This document shows, one piece after another, positions 19,224 to 30,042 of a DNA stretch of 64,000 nt. The stretch comes from an uncultured bacterium. GTDB taxonomy: Bacteria > SAR324 > NAC60-12. The notes below the pieces were generated by a model. The model saw nothing but the letters and a program-made list of their open reading frames with translations. It was not told the DNA's origin and did not search any database. Position 1 is the first letter of the stretch, and each line of letters starts with the position of its first letter. The stretch covers positions 1,481-65,480 of the forward strand of contig CAXGMD010000006.1 in the NCBI GenBank assembly GCA_964010765.1, read 5' to 3'. Made by a program: the position numbers and the translations under genes.

Positions 19224-20096
19224 ATGGATGACCTACGCTCCCTGCTCCGTTGGGTTCAACGGTGTCACAATTATCAGTTGAATCAATTTCGACCTTTCTA
19301 TGTTGCCGGATACAAGGTCGGTTGGATTCGTCCAGAAGATCTCCCGCTGTTCGAACAGTCACCAGAACTCTTTGTGGTTGAATCAGAGAGTGTTGTGTTG
19401 CTGGGAGAACCATCATCACCGAAAGAAAGATCGGCTCAGCTGGATGCATGCCTGCGACAATGGCGAGATCAAGGACATATCACTGGCTGGCGAGATGAGC
19501 ATTACCTGATCAGCAATGATGAGGGAACTCCCCTGTTCAGTGTGGAGCGGAGCGCAACGGCCTTGCTAGGAGTGCTGAACCTTGGTGTTCACCTCAATGG
19601 CTTTGTGAAGCGTACTGATGGGATCTGGCTTTGGATGGCGCGACGTGCCAGGAACCGACCACGCTATCCTGGCAAGTTGGATCAAATGGTTGCTGGAGGG
19701 ATGACTGCCTACCAGAGCCCTCAGCAGGTTATGAAGCGAGAATGCCAGGAAGAAGCTGGAGTCCCAATGACACTGGCAAAGACGCTAAAATCTGTGGGAC
19801 TAGTGACGCTATGCCATCACAACTCCAAGGGACAGTTGAGGCGCGAAATCCTCTACACCTACGATTTGGAACTTCCAGAAACTTTTCAACCCTGTAATCA
19901 GGACGGAGAAGTGGAAGAATTCCAACTGATGCCGATTGCTGAGGTGGTGCGTCTGGTAGCAGAAACAGATGAAATCAAGACCAACTGCAACCTGGTAGTC
20001 TTGGACTTTCTAGTGCGACATGGTGTCCTTCATGCGGATCAAGCCTACTATGCCGAATTAGTCGAGGGACTGCGCCGTAGCCCTACTCCAGCTTGA
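19224..20096 (+). CDS. NUDIX hydrolase with an N-terminal extension
   Basis: Nudix box GGMTAYQSPQQVMKRECQEEAGV. Adjacent to pncB, suggesting NAD/ADP-ribose metabolism. Confidence 0.7.
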   Translation: MDDLRSLLRWVQRCHNYQLNQFRPFYVAGYKVGWIRPEDLPLFEQSPELFVVESESVVLLGEPSSPKERSAQLDACLRQWRDQGHITGWRDEHYLISNDEGTPLFSVERSATALLGVLNLGVHLNGFVKRTDGIWLWMARRARNRPRYPGKLDQMVAGGMTAYQSPQQVMKRECQEEAGVPMTLAKTLKSVGLVTLCHHNSKGQLRREILYTYDLELPETFQPCNQDGEVEEFQLMPIAEVVRLVAETDEIKTNCNLVVLDFLVRHGVLHADQAYYAELVEGLRRSPTPA

Positions 20097-20203
20097 ACCA
20101 AGACCTTCTTCCTCATTGGCTGGGAGTCTTTCCTCTTGCGTCCCGCCGAACTCACAGGTCACAATAGCCTTTATTTTCTCTAACCAATCTTTCGAGAATT
20201 GCC

Positions 20204-21583
20204 ATGCTTGCCGACCAAACGATTGCCAAAGTGCTGGAACATGGTCTCCGCCAAGGAGCCGACTTTGCCGAAGTATTCATCGAGGACTCAGTTTCCCGTT
20301 CATTGGATCTGCTGGATCGTAAGATCGATCAGATCAATTCGGGGAATTCGTATGGCATCGGAATCCGCCTATTGTTTGGTCACGAGTCCTGCTATGGCTA
20401 CAGCTCTGATCCAGATCCAGCCGGTCTGCTGCAATTGACAGAAAATCTGGCGCGCTCCAAGCGTGGAGAAGGGCGGGTCACTCCAAAAGATTTGCGACGG
20501 GCTCCGGTCAACGACCAGCACCAAATTCGACTGAGCCCTGAAAAAGTGGGCAAGACGGATCGGGTCGAGTTGCTCCGCCGCTTGGACCAGTTGACACGCA
20601 GCCATGGAGAAGCGATTCGGCAGGTCAGTGCTTCGATTGTTGAGAAGAAGCGTTCAATGTTGATCGCCAACAGTGAGGGGCTATTCCGAGAAGACAGCCG
20701 ACAATATATGCGAGTTCGCTTGTCTGCGATTGCCGATACTGGAGATGGACCTCAGGGTGGTGCTGAGTCACCAGGAGTGCTGGGAGGCTATGAATTTCTG
20801 GAAGAGGTAGATCTGGAGAAGCTGGCCCGAGAAGCAGCCGAAACAGCGCTGCGCATGGCAGGCGCGGGTTACATCGATGGGGGTGTCATGCCTGTTGTAA
20901 TGGGCAATGGGTTTGGTGGTGTGATCTTCCATGAAGCTTGCGGACATCCGCTGGAAACAGAAGCCATTCGCAAGAATGCCTCACCGTTCACGGGTAAGCT
21001 AGGCCAGTCAATCGCCAGTCCAGTGTTGACAGCTGTGGATGATGGCACGATTGTCAACGCTTGGGGCTCACTGAACATTGACGATGAAGGCAACGAAGCG
21101 CAGCGAACGGTGTTGATCAAGGATGGGGTGCTTCAGCAGTACCTCAGCGACCGAGTGGGGGCAGCCCAGGTAGGTGTTCCCCAAACGGGTTCTTCGAGGC
21201 GAGAATCTTACAAGTATGCGCCGGTTTCTCGAATGCGGAATACTTACATTGACAAGGGACCGGACAAGATTGAGGACATCATCCGTTCCGTCGATCACGG
21301 ACTCTATGCCAAGAAACTGGGTGGTGGTTCTGTCGATCCGGGAACAGGTGAATTCAACTTTGCAGTGCAGGAAGGCTACATCATCCGCAAGGGAAAGGTC
21401 GCAGAGCCAGTGCGTGGAGCAACCTTGATTGGTAAGGGTTACGAAGTGCTCCCCAAGATTTCGATGATTGCTGATGATCTGGAGTTAGCTGCAGGTATCT
21501 GTGGTGCTTCTAGTGGAATGGTTCCGACCACAGTTGGTCAGCCTACCCTCAAGATTGACTCGATCCTTGTAGGAGGGCGCTGA
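20204..21583 (+). CDS. tldD: Metalloprotease TldD (peptidase U62)
   Basis: HEACGHPLE motif and the C-terminal GICGASSG...KIDSILVGG. Confidence 0.9.
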   Translation: MLADQTIAKVLEHGLRQGADFAEVFIEDSVSRSLDLLDRKIDQINSGNSYGIGIRLLFGHESCYGYSSDPDPAGLLQLTENLARSKRGEGRVTPKDLRRAPVNDQHQIRLSPEKVGKTDRVELLRRLDQLTRSHGEAIRQVSASIVEKKRSMLIANSEGLFREDSRQYMRVRLSAIADTGDGPQGGAESPGVLGGYEFLEEVDLEKLAREAAETALRMAGAGYIDGGVMPVVMGNGFGGVIFHEACGHPLETEAIRKNASPFTGKLGQSIASPVLTAVDDGTIVNAWGSLNIDDEGNEAQRTVLIKDGVLQQYLSDRVGAAQVGVPQTGSSRRESYKYAPVSRMRNTYIDKGPDKIEDIIRSVDHGLYAKKLGGGSVDPGTGEFNFAVQEGYIIRKGKVAEPVRGATLIGKGYEVLPKISMIADDLELAAGICGASSGMVPTTVGQPTLKIDSILVGGR

Positions 21584-22923
21584 TGCAACCGGAAGCGGCC
21601 ATTGAACATGTTCTGGGCCTTGCTCGGCAAAGTGGTTTGGCAGAAGTAGATGTTCTCGTGGAGCGTGGAGAATCACTGGGCTTGAAAATCCGTGATGCAA
21701 AGGTCGAGAAAGTCGATCAATCGACGAGCTTGGGCCTAGGTGTGCGAGTCTTGCTTGATGGGCGGACAGGGCTAGCCTACACCGAACGTTTAGAAGCATC
21801 AGCGCTGCGCCGTGTGCTGGATGAAGCACTGGAAAATGCAGAATTACAGGATCAGTTAGAGGTGAACTTGCCGGATCCTGCCAGGGATGTTCCTGCTGCG
21901 GAGATTCTTCAGCTTTACAACCCGGAGTTGGAGCAACTGAGCTTCGAAGAGCTGGCTGAGGTAGGTTTGGAGATCGAAGCTACCGCCAAGCAAACGGACC
22001 AACGGGTGGTTACGCTTCCCTATCTGGGAGTGTCTCGGGAATCAGGTGAATGGATTCTTGGAACCTCCAAGGGGACGCACTATCGACAGCGAGCCAACAG
22101 CGCAACAACTTACTGCGGGGCCTTGTTGCAGAAAGGCGAGTCTCGCAAAACAGGTTTCTGGTTTTGGCAGATGCGAGACTGGAACCGTGCAGAGGCAGCG
22201 GCCATTGGCCCAAAAGCGGTGAAGGAGGGAACTTCTCTGTTAGGAGCCAAGAGCATTCAGAACTGTAAGATGCCAGTGATTCTGGATGAATACTGTGCTC
22301 CTCAATTGCTGGGGATGTTCTTCCGAGCCTTCCATGCAGATGCTGCACAGAAGGGAACCTCTCGACTGGCAGGACGCCTTGGAGAGAAAATCGCTGGAGA
22401 GAACGTCACCTTGTATGATGATCCACATATTCCTGGAGCGCGTGGTTCCTCTCACCTCGATTCAGAGGGGGTGTTGACTCAGAAGCTCTCACTCGTGAAC
22501 CAGGGAGTTTTTGAAAACTTTCTCTACCACGTTGAATCTGCAAGTAAGGAACAGCGCACGTCCACTGGTCATGCACGGCGTAGCTACAATAGCGGTATTG
22601 GAACGGGTTCACACAATTTGGTGATGGAGAAAGGAAGCTACTCTCTGGAAGAACTCTGCCAACAGCCTGAGCGAGCTTTATTGGTGACGAGCTTGGAAGG
22701 AGCAGCTGGCTGCAACTCTATCAGTGGTGATATTTCTATTGGTGTGCAGGGCTTCTTGCTGGAAAAGGGAGAGAGAGTGCAACCCGTGGATAGTATCACG
22801 ATTGCCGGAAATTTCTTTGATCTACTCGGCCAAATTCAAGGCTTGGGCAACTGCTACCAGCCTTACCTCAGCAAGGTCTTCGTACCGCCAATGCTACTGG
22901 ATGGACTTGCCATTTCTGGTTGA
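21583..22923 (+). CDS. pmbA: Metalloprotease PmbA/TldE (peptidase U62)
   Basis: U62 family partner of TldD. Start overlaps the tldD stop. Confidence 0.85.
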   Translation: MQPEAAIEHVLGLARQSGLAEVDVLVERGESLGLKIRDAKVEKVDQSTSLGLGVRVLLDGRTGLAYTERLEASALRRVLDEALENAELQDQLEVNLPDPARDVPAAEILQLYNPELEQLSFEELAEVGLEIEATAKQTDQRVVTLPYLGVSRESGEWILGTSKGTHYRQRANSATTYCGALLQKGESRKTGFWFWQMRDWNRAEAAAIGPKAVKEGTSLLGAKSIQNCKMPVILDEYCAPQLLGMFFRAFHADAAQKGTSRLAGRLGEKIAGENVTLYDDPHIPGARGSSHLDSEGVLTQKLSLVNQGVFENFLYHVESASKEQRTSTGHARRSYNSGIGTGSHNLVMEKGSYSLEELCQQPERALLVTSLEGAAGCNSISGDISIGVQGFLLEKGERVQPVDSITIAGNFFDLLGQIQGLGNCYQPYLSKVFVPPMLLDGLAISG

Positions 22924-23031
22924 GAAGTCCCCCACTCCTCGCATGGAACTTCTCTGCTTCTTTGAGAAGTTCCCCCTTCCCATTTTCTAGTAAATTCACA
23001 CGACTCTTCTTGAGAAATACTGGCGTGATCT

Positions 23032-24726
23032 TTAGTTGCGCAGATTTGGATCAATTGGGGTTAAATCCAGCGGGAAGATGAGGCGAATCATCGCACCTCC
23101 CTCTTGCAGATTAGTGAAGTGCAGCACTGCTCCATGCCGTTCCAGCAGGTTGTTTAGGGAATAGAGACCAAAGCCGTTTCCGCTTGCCTTGAGCGAGGTG
23201 ACGGACTGCTTGCCGAGCTGGTCCATTATGTCTACGGGAATACCAGTTCCATTGTCATAGACACTGATACGCAGGAAAGGACGATCCTGTTGGAAGTATT
23301 CTCCAACTTCGATGTGGATGGATGGGGAAGCGGGCTGAGCCTGACGAATGGAATCTGCTGCATTTTGGATGCAGTTTTCCAGAAAACTACTGATCAGGCT
23401 ACGGGAAAAATAGACTTCTTCCACGTTGGTGAAGTAGTCCAGCCTTAATGGGGTCTGCTCCTGGGACTGGTAAAGAGGAAGTTGCTCTTTCAATAATTTC
23501 TTGAGGTTGAAGGATCCCAATTGACCGGAGCGGCAGGCTTGCATCACTTCTCTCAGTGTTGCTGCACACTTGTCGACGGAAGCTTCAATCTGCAGTAGTT
23601 GAGGTTTAGGGTCCTGGTCAGGAAGGAGCCGCAAAAACTCTGCAGAGATGCGGATCGCACCAAGGTAGCGATTGATTTCATGGCTGATATGACCCAATGC
23701 GTCCGCAATCTCCAGCTTAGAACGCATTTGCAGGCGTTCCTCCAACTGATCAAGTTGCCGCTTACGAGATTCCTGGATGGCTACTGTCATCTCATGAATC
23801 GCCTGGTAGAGTTGATCCAATTCCTGGGATTGTTGCTTACGAAGAGGAACCTGATGATCGTTTTCCACAAATGCCCACACATCTCCCAATAATTGGCTGG
23901 TTGGCCCCGTGATGGTCTTCTCAAGAACCAGCCGCACGCCAAGATAAAGAATCAGCCCCATCATCAGAAAGACAAGCATGGCAACTGCAGTGGTGTTGAT
24001 GGCGGTTGCTTCAAGTCGCTTGTTGTCATAAAAGAGGTTCAGATAGAAATCGCGGGTGGTGGGTACAGGTAGGCTGTGAACTCGGAAACCGCCCAAAGCA
24101 TTTGCTGTCAACGGCTCCATGGTGAGGCGTACGAGATCAGCAGAGATATGAAGCACCTGTGATGGCTGCTCCCACTCCTGCAGATCGAGCTTTTTGGCGA
24201 TCAGTAATTGGCCATAAGGCAGGCCCTTTCGGTCCTGCAGGATGTGGTGGGCAAGCAGGAAAGCTTGCTGAGAATCTTCGCTGGACTTTAGCAGTGTTCC
24301 AGCTTCTTCACAAAGATTGGGTAGTGCTGGGAACTCTCCGATACTGCTGTAGGAAGTCCGGAGCTGACAAGTATTATCGAAGAACCAGAGAAATCCAGGA
24401 GATTCCTTCAGCTTTGCAAACATCGCCTTCAAGACAGAGCGGTTACGGTCTGGATCTTCGGCTGTGACTTCCAGCAGGAAATTGTAGGTGTTGACGATGC
24501 CCTGTGTTTCATCAGTAAATTCGTTGAGTTGGTTCTGTAGGAAAATCTGGGCAAGTAGTTGATCCTGCTGAAGGTTCTGCTGAAAATTCTTCTCAGTGAT
24601 GTCCTCCATGTAGTGGTAGAGGCCGAATCCAAACAACAATCCAGTGCCAATGAAGAGTATCCAGATCGACAAGCTGAGCTGTCGATTCAGCGGTTGGCGT
24701 CGGAGTTGTTCAAGAAACCTGGACAT
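23032..24726 (-). CDS. Sensor histidine kinase (two TM helices, periplasmic sensor, HisKA + HATPase_c)
   Basis: H-box HEINRYLGAIRISAEFL. ATPase N/G boxes (NCIQNAADS, DNGTGIP, GNGFGL). Confidence 0.8.
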   Translation of the reverse strand: MSRFLEQLRRQPLNRQLSLSIWILFIGTGLLFGFGLYHYMEDITEKNFQQNLQQDQLLAQIFLQNQLNEFTDETQGIVNTYNFLLEVTAEDPDRNRSVLKAMFAKLKESPGFLWFFDNTCQLRTSYSSIGEFPALPNLCEEAGTLLKSSEDSQQAFLLAHHILQDRKGLPYGQLLIAKKLDLQEWEQPSQVLHISADLVRLTMEPLTANALGGFRVHSLPVPTTRDFYLNLFYDNKRLEATAINTTAVAMLVFLMMGLILYLGVRLVLEKTITGPTSQLLGDVWAFVENDHQVPLRKQQSQELDQLYQAIHEMTVAIQESRKRQLDQLEERLQMRSKLEIADALGHISHEINRYLGAIRISAEFLRLLPDQDPKPQLLQIEASVDKCAATLREVMQACRSGQLGSFNLKKLLKEQLPLYQSQEQTPLRLDYFTNVEEVYFSRSLISSFLENCIQNAADSIRQAQPASPSIHIEVGEYFQQDRPFLRISVYDNGTGIPVDIMDQLGKQSVTSLKASGNGFGLYSLNNLLERHGAVLHFTNLQEGGAMIRLIFPLDLTPIDPNLRN

Positions 24727-24829
24727 TGAATTCGTCAGTCAGAATTAGGAACTCAGAATAATTACAATAAATTGACACTTAAATACTTTAGTATAGTTTG
24801 CGGTGTTCGACAACAATCCTGAGAAAATC

Positions 24830-26158
24830 ATGAGAAAAATCTTTTGGTGTTTGCTGCTTTGGCCTTGTGTGCTCTGGGCTGATGAAGCGGCATCACCATT
24901 CGCCAAACTACAATGGAGTGGCTGGATCTCCAAGGCTTGGATGCAGACGGATCCTGAGCCCTTGCGTCTCCCACAGCAGGAGGATAACGGCTGGGAAGCT
25001 GCGCTGCGCCTGGATTGGGTCATACAGCCGTGGCTTGCCTTCCGAGCCCTTTATGCCTACCAGCCTTACCTCAATGACGGCCCGGACAGCGAATTTGAGT
25101 TCTTGCTGCTGGATGCAAACACTTACCTTGGTGAAAGCATCGTCGGTACTCGCTTTGGGCGGCTACAGCTGCCCTATGGTTTTTACAACATGCAGCGCCT
25201 GAATCCTGCGGATCGGCTTGGTATTCATCACGCCCAGCCGATGCAAATCTATTGGGGACAGAATGCAGCCATCTTCGATCGAGGTGATGGCTGGATGACC
25301 TACTTTTACACACCCAGAAGTTCAAGCTTTCAGGCCCAATTTGAACTAGGTCGTATTGTTCGCCATGACCCAGAGCCTCAGGAAGATTATCTGACCACCC
25401 TGACCGAATTGGATATGAGACTGGATCGCCAGGAAAACCAATTCGCCTCGGTGGAGTTGGAACTCTGGGAGATGCTCCGGATTCGCAAGGATCACCACGA
25501 ACCCACTCATTTCATTCAGATTCCCTACTCTTATTACCAAAAGCTTACGGTTCAGGATGCGGTTGGTAGGGGACTCTTACCAACTGGTACAACTTTGGAT
25601 GCTCTAGGTGTTGGAGAGCTAGCGTTCATAAATTCAGAGATTGAGGCAGCAGAAATTGCTTGTGGAACTTTACCAACTGGGGAATTCACTCGGCCCTATG
25701 TGATTGACTACGATGGCTTGGAGTTGTGGTTGGAAGGATGGCAGCTGACCTTGGAGCAGTCACGGTTGTACTACAAGACAGAGGGTACACAGCAAGACTA
25801 CTATTCCTTCATGCAGTGTGTCACTGCTGCAGCTGATTCACGTCTTCGCAAGCGGCTGGACACTCACCGTTCTGCTGTGTTGACACTGCACATGGAGCAA
25901 CTCACTAGTCATGTTGGCTACGGGGATTGGTCTGTTGAGGAAAACAATGAGCAAAGATTTGGGGGTACTCATCGCTTCGCTGGTCTGAAATACAAGCCCC
26001 ACCACGATTGGACCCTGAAGTATGAATTCCATGACAAGACTGGCTACTTCGGCCTGCGCTACTCACAAAACAAAAAAACTTCCGAATCCTCAGAGTGGCG
26101 TAAAGAGATGGGGGAGAACTGGCAAGCCCAGGCAATTTCGGTGACCTATGAATTCTGA
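24830..26158 (+). CDS. Putative outer-membrane beta-barrel protein
   Basis: Signal peptide MRKIFWCLLLWPCVLWA. Aromatic-rich, ends ...VTYEF (OMP C-terminal Phe). Confidence 0.45.
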   Translation: MRKIFWCLLLWPCVLWADEAASPFAKLQWSGWISKAWMQTDPEPLRLPQQEDNGWEAALRLDWVIQPWLAFRALYAYQPYLNDGPDSEFEFLLLDANTYLGESIVGTRFGRLQLPYGFYNMQRLNPADRLGIHHAQPMQIYWGQNAAIFDRGDGWMTYFYTPRSSSFQAQFELGRIVRHDPEPQEDYLTTLTELDMRLDRQENQFASVELELWEMLRIRKDHHEPTHFIQIPYSYYQKLTVQDAVGRGLLPTGTTLDALGVGELAFINSEIEAAEIACGTLPTGEFTRPYVIDYDGLELWLEGWQLTLEQSRLYYKTEGTQQDYYSFMQCVTAAADSRLRKRLDTHRSAVLTLHMEQLTSHVGYGDWSVEENNEQRFGGTHRFAGLKYKPHHDWTLKYEFHDKTGYFGLRYSQNKKTSESSEWRKEMGENWQAQAISVTYEF

Positions 26159-26164
26159 GAATCT

Positions 26165-26584
26165 ATGCAAAAGCTGATGGCCCTGCTGGGAGCCTGGCTT
26201 CTCTTGCTGGGTTCGGTAGAGGCACAAGAAGTCTGGATGGCTTCCAACTCGGTTCCAAATTTTTCACGCCAGGAGCTCGTTGCCCTGATAGAGGGACGGA
26301 CTCGGCAAAGTTTTGACAGTGGTACAGCAACCCTCGTGGTGTACCTAGAGAATCAGGAAGTCACTCGGCGTTTCATCGAAGAGTTTCTACAGTTGAATTA
26401 CTTCCGGACGCTTTATCAACTACGAGAACAGATCAATTCAGGTCGTGCTTCACCCCTGCTGGATGTGCCTGAGAAAGATGATGCTTATATTGCCGTATTT
26501 GCTCTCGAACAAGCAATGACCTATAGCGACGATCCCATTCAGCAACTGGCAGAGATTGGACTGAAAATCGTGGAGATGCGTTGA
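26165..26584 (+). CDS. Hypothetical secreted protein
   Basis: Signal peptide MQKLMALLGAWLLLLGSVEA. 139 aa. Confidence 0.4.
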   Translation: MQKLMALLGAWLLLLGSVEAQEVWMASNSVPNFSRQELVALIEGRTRQSFDSGTATLVVYLENQEVTRRFIEEFLQLNYFRTLYQLREQINSGRASPLLDVPEKDDAYIAVFALEQAMTYSDDPIQQLAEIGLKIVEMR

Positions 26585-26596
26585 TTCCTCATAGAG

Positions 26597-27820
26597 TCAA
26601 GTAGCGCGTTCATCGGAACGCCGAAGCAGGTTAAGCAGGAGAATCATTACGAGACAGACGAAGGTCAATCCTCCAAGCGCTCCCTGAAAGTTCCCGGTCC
26701 ACTCCGACAAGACTCCGAGCCCTAGTGGACCGAGGACCCCACCGATTTCTGCTGCGGCAAAGAACATCCCTCCTGCTGAGCCAGAGTTCTTCGCACCCAC
26801 CTCTGGGATTTCCATCAGTACCAGCAACAGGATCGTCATCATTGATCCCTGTGTGATGCCCTTGAGGATAAGCCCCAGCAGCAGGATCCACTCTGTCGAA
26901 GACTGAAGGCAAAGCGAGGCGGAACCCGCCATTAGAAACAAAGTGGCCAGAATGCGAACCCGATAGGGCGGTGTTGCCTTGCGAGGAATCAGCAGCGCCC
27001 CCAGTACACCAATCATTGTGGGCAGGGAAGCCCAGATTCCGGCTTTCTCTGAACTCAGACCGTGGGTCATCAGGATCTCATGCAACCAGTTACTCAGACC
27101 GTGGTTATAAAGAAAAATGCCGATGCTGATCAGTAAAACATACTGCACAGCACGAATTTGACTTAACTGCAGAAATAGACCCCACTGGGCTGGTCGAGCT
27201 TCTCTTAGACTGTCCTGCTCCAGTTGCCGACTTCCCGGTTCCAGATTAATCACCCACCAGACAACTCCAGACAGCAGCACGAGCACTCCGTAACTGAAAA
27301 GTACGCTGCGCCATTGGTTCTCGAAGAAGGGCATGGCAACGGAGTTCGTTAGCGAGAGGGCAGCAATGGAACCCAATGCCGGTCCTGTTACATACAGACC
27401 CATCGCCAGTCCTTTTTGTGGGCCCTCAAACCAGAGGCTGATCAGCTTTGGAGCACCAATTGAGATCAGTGGACCCCCTAAGCCAAACAGGGCTACTGCG
27501 ACCAGCAGCATCGTATAGTCTTCAGCCTGTGAACGTAACAGCGCAGAGGCCCCCATTAGTAGTGAAGCCATCAGTAGTGAGCGCCGCAGACCAAAGCGAT
27601 CAATCAGCGCACCACACGGTAGAGCAGTGCCAATGTAAATGAGTTGCCAAGCTCCGAGTACACTCCCCATTGCCGCATAACTCATCGAGAGGTCTTCTGT
27701 GATAGGGCGCACCAATGGAGCAAGCGCCGAAACCGTCAGCCCAAAACAGAAATAAATCAACCAAACTCCAAAGAGCATGACCCAGCGATACGTTTGTGAA
27801 GGAATAGCAACGGTGTTCAT
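26597..27820 (-). CDS. MFS transporter
   Basis: 12 predicted TM segments. MFS motif-A-like GLRRSL after TM2. Confidence 0.8.
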   Translation of the reverse strand: MNTVAIPSQTYRWVMLFGVWLIYFCFGLTVSALAPLVRPITEDLSMSYAAMGSVLGAWQLIYIGTALPCGALIDRFGLRRSLLMASLLMGASALLRSQAEDYTMLLVAVALFGLGGPLISIGAPKLISLWFEGPQKGLAMGLYVTGPALGSIAALSLTNSVAMPFFENQWRSVLFSYGVLVLLSGVVWWVINLEPGSRQLEQDSLREARPAQWGLFLQLSQIRAVQYVLLISIGIFLYNHGLSNWLHEILMTHGLSSEKAGIWASLPTMIGVLGALLIPRKATPPYRVRILATLFLMAGSASLCLQSSTEWILLLGLILKGITQGSMMTILLLVLMEIPEVGAKNSGSAGGMFFAAAEIGGVLGPLGLGVLSEWTGNFQGALGGLTFVCLVMILLLNLLRRSDERAT

Positions 27821-28385
27821 AGGGGCCTGCGTGAGTCGACTCCTTCTGAAGAAAAGGAGCTTGGAGTGAATGGAAAATAACGGAACAGGGTTCCAACTCT
27901 GAGATCAGGATAATTGGCAGGAAACTAGTGGTGGGTGTTGCCTGAGATCAGCAAATTATCTGATTGAACTGTGCCAAGATTATCGGTTTTCTGAAGACTC
28001 GTCACGCAATCATTGAGAGGGTAAGAAGATGGAGTGCTGCTTAGATAAAGAATACGAGTTTTCGAGGGGTGGATGACTTGTCTTCGTACTGCCTTTGTTC
28101 AGGATTGAACATTCTGCTGCTGGGCTTGTCTTGTTCTATATTTGTTAGTTTAGAACTATTACAAAAAAGTTGCTTTGGTAAGAAAGAATTGGCAATGGAT
28201 TTCCTTTGGAGTATATCTCGCTATTAAAGTGGAAAACTTCTGATCTTAGGAGTTGATCCTAAACCTTGAGAGCAGAATCAACATACCGACTTGAAAGACT
28301 GAGGATCATTGATGGGCCTCCCTGATGTGACCAACGGTTTCACGAAAACAGTCCTTTCAGAGTCGATGAGCGAGCCGAGAAATCT

Positions 28386-28691
28386 ATGAAAAAGACAAAG
28401 ACAGGTGATTCGATTCATCTAACCCTTGGTGGAATCATTGAAGCTGATTTACCGGAACGTCGAACCCGTGTGGAGCGTCGCAAGATTCATGTGGACCTCT
28501 CTGAGGTAGGCATCAAGGAGGATCGCCGTAGGGGTGATCGACGTGGAACGATTGCCGACCGCCGCCAGCCTACGGATCGCCGGGTTCAAAGCATTCCTGT
28601 AGCCAATGATCGTCGAAAAGCCGACCGCCGTGAGTTTGAGCGCACAGAGTTTCCAAGGCTTTCGGTTGATCCACTCCGCTCGTTACGCTAG
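28386..28691 (+). CDS. Small basic protein with six DRR motifs (hypothetical)
   Basis: EDRRRGDRRGTIADRRQPTDRRVQSIPVANDRRKADRRE. Preceded by a ~560-bp non-coding leader. Confidence 0.4.
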   Translation: MKKTKTGDSIHLTLGGIIEADLPERRTRVERRKIHVDLSEVGIKEDRRRGDRRGTIADRRQPTDRRVQSIPVANDRRKADRREFERTEFPRLSVDPLRSLR

Positions 28692-28775
28692 CCCCCCTTC
28701 TCCCATCATTTCCAGCTGCTGTCACTCTGCCTGTTACTATTAACCATTCAAGTACAGGCGGAGGACTTTGTAGGT

Positions 28776-29396
28776 GTGCAGTATGTCCGTGCCTACGATG
28801 CCGATACACTCACCGTGAATTTGAAGAACCTACCATCTGTTTTTGGTGAGGAGCTTGGCATTCGGGTGGCAGGCATTGATGCTCCGGAGATTCGGGGCAA
28901 GTGCGCTCAGGAAGAGCGAATGGCGTTGCAAGCCCGGGATCGTGTACGGGAACTGCTCGAACAGGCCCAACAGATTGATCTCGTGGATGTGAAACGAGAC
29001 AAGTATTTTCGGGTAGTTGCCAAGGTCAAGGTTGATGGTCGTGATCTTTCACAGCTGCTGCTGGAAGAGGGGCATGCCGTGGCTTATGCTGGCGGAACCA
29101 AGTCCAAGGACTGGTGTGTTCTGGGAACTGAGGAACCTGTGCTGGTCTGGAATCCTTGGCTTGCGTGGGCTGCTGCGCAGCTCTTTCCGATTCTGCTCAG
29201 TGGGCGACTGCTCTTCAATCGGCAGCGGAAAGCCTTGTCGATTGGTGGACGTCTCCGCCGAGTCTTGCTACTGTTAGTGATCTGGAATTTGTTACTGGTT
29301 CTGGGCTATCTGGGAATAATTGGTGGGAATTTGGAAGCTTGTGAGGCGGTTGTCCCAGCGAGGCTGCAGGGCATGGTTGTCTGCCCTGCGATTTGA
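28776..29396 (+). CDS. Thermonuclease (SNase-like) with a C-terminal transmembrane tail
   Basis: GTG start with GGAGG 11 nt upstream. SNase motifs VRVAGIDAPE, RDRVRELL, DGRDLSQLLLEEGHAVAY. C-terminal hydrophobic segments. Confidence 0.65.
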   Translation: MQYVRAYDADTLTVNLKNLPSVFGEELGIRVAGIDAPEIRGKCAQEERMALQARDRVRELLEQAQQIDLVDVKRDKYFRVVAKVKVDGRDLSQLLLEEGHAVAYAGGTKSKDWCVLGTEEPVLVWNPWLAWAAAQLFPILLSGRLLFNRQRKALSIGGRLRRVLLLLVIWNLLLVLGYLGIIGGNLEACEAVVPARLQGMVVCPAI

Positions 29397-29441
29397 AAAA
29401 TTTTAGGAATCTTTCGACGAAGCAGCACTAGCCGAATGAGA

Positions 29442-29771
29442 TCATCCTTTTGCCCATGCTGAGCACCACCCGGCATTCGCTACAACAACGCCAGCGAAAA
29501 GAACGCATTGGCCCCACTCAGCATCTCCTCCCTTCCACTGAATACAATTGCCGCAGATGGATCCATCCTTGTAGAGAGGACTTGTTGATTCAGTGGCAAC
29601 GTGAACGTATTGAAGGGCCTTGGCTTGTGGATTGTCTAACTCCAACTTCTTCTCGTGACCACCGGCGTATGCTGCCTGGCTGGTAAATTTTGCGAAGGGT
29701 GCTAGCAGAGCTCCTGTGGCTGCCATTTTTAGCAAGCGTCTTCGAGAGTTATCGGGGGTGTTTGATGACAT
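29442..29771 (-). CDS. hip: High-potential iron-sulfur protein (HiPIP) with Tat signal
   Basis: RRRLLKMAATGALLAPF twin-arginine leader. Four Cys in HiPIP spacing (CGNC...C...C; CSAW). Confidence 0.8.
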   Translation of the reverse strand: MSSNTPDNSRRRLLKMAATGALLAPFAKFTSQAAYAGGHEKKLELDNPQAKALQYVHVATESTSPLYKDGSICGNCIQWKGGDAEWGQCVLFAGVVVANAGWCSAWAKG

Positions 29772-30042
29772 AATCTACTCCATAGATGATTGAGTGTGGA
29801 TTGGTTACAATCGTAACCTCACCAGTAATGCAGTTCATAGCTCAACTGTAAAGAAATTTCAGTACATAGATTTTTTAGAGTACTCAGATTGATTATTTTT
29901 TGGTGGAACATTTTTACCAGGACATCCAACTAGTAAAAATGAGAATATTGTGAATACTATGAATGTTTTGATCTTCATTTCAGGTTTATATTTATGATCT
30001 AAAAATTTTAGTAAAAATGTTCGATGTAAATCTATCCTTCCA

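Noticed and set aside
27927-27940. tggtgggtgttgcc resembling the tmRNA 3' core at the left edge of the low-GC region
   Set aside because: Only about 10/14 identity. Too short and degenerate to call an att relic, though it would mark the far boundary of stacked islands if real.
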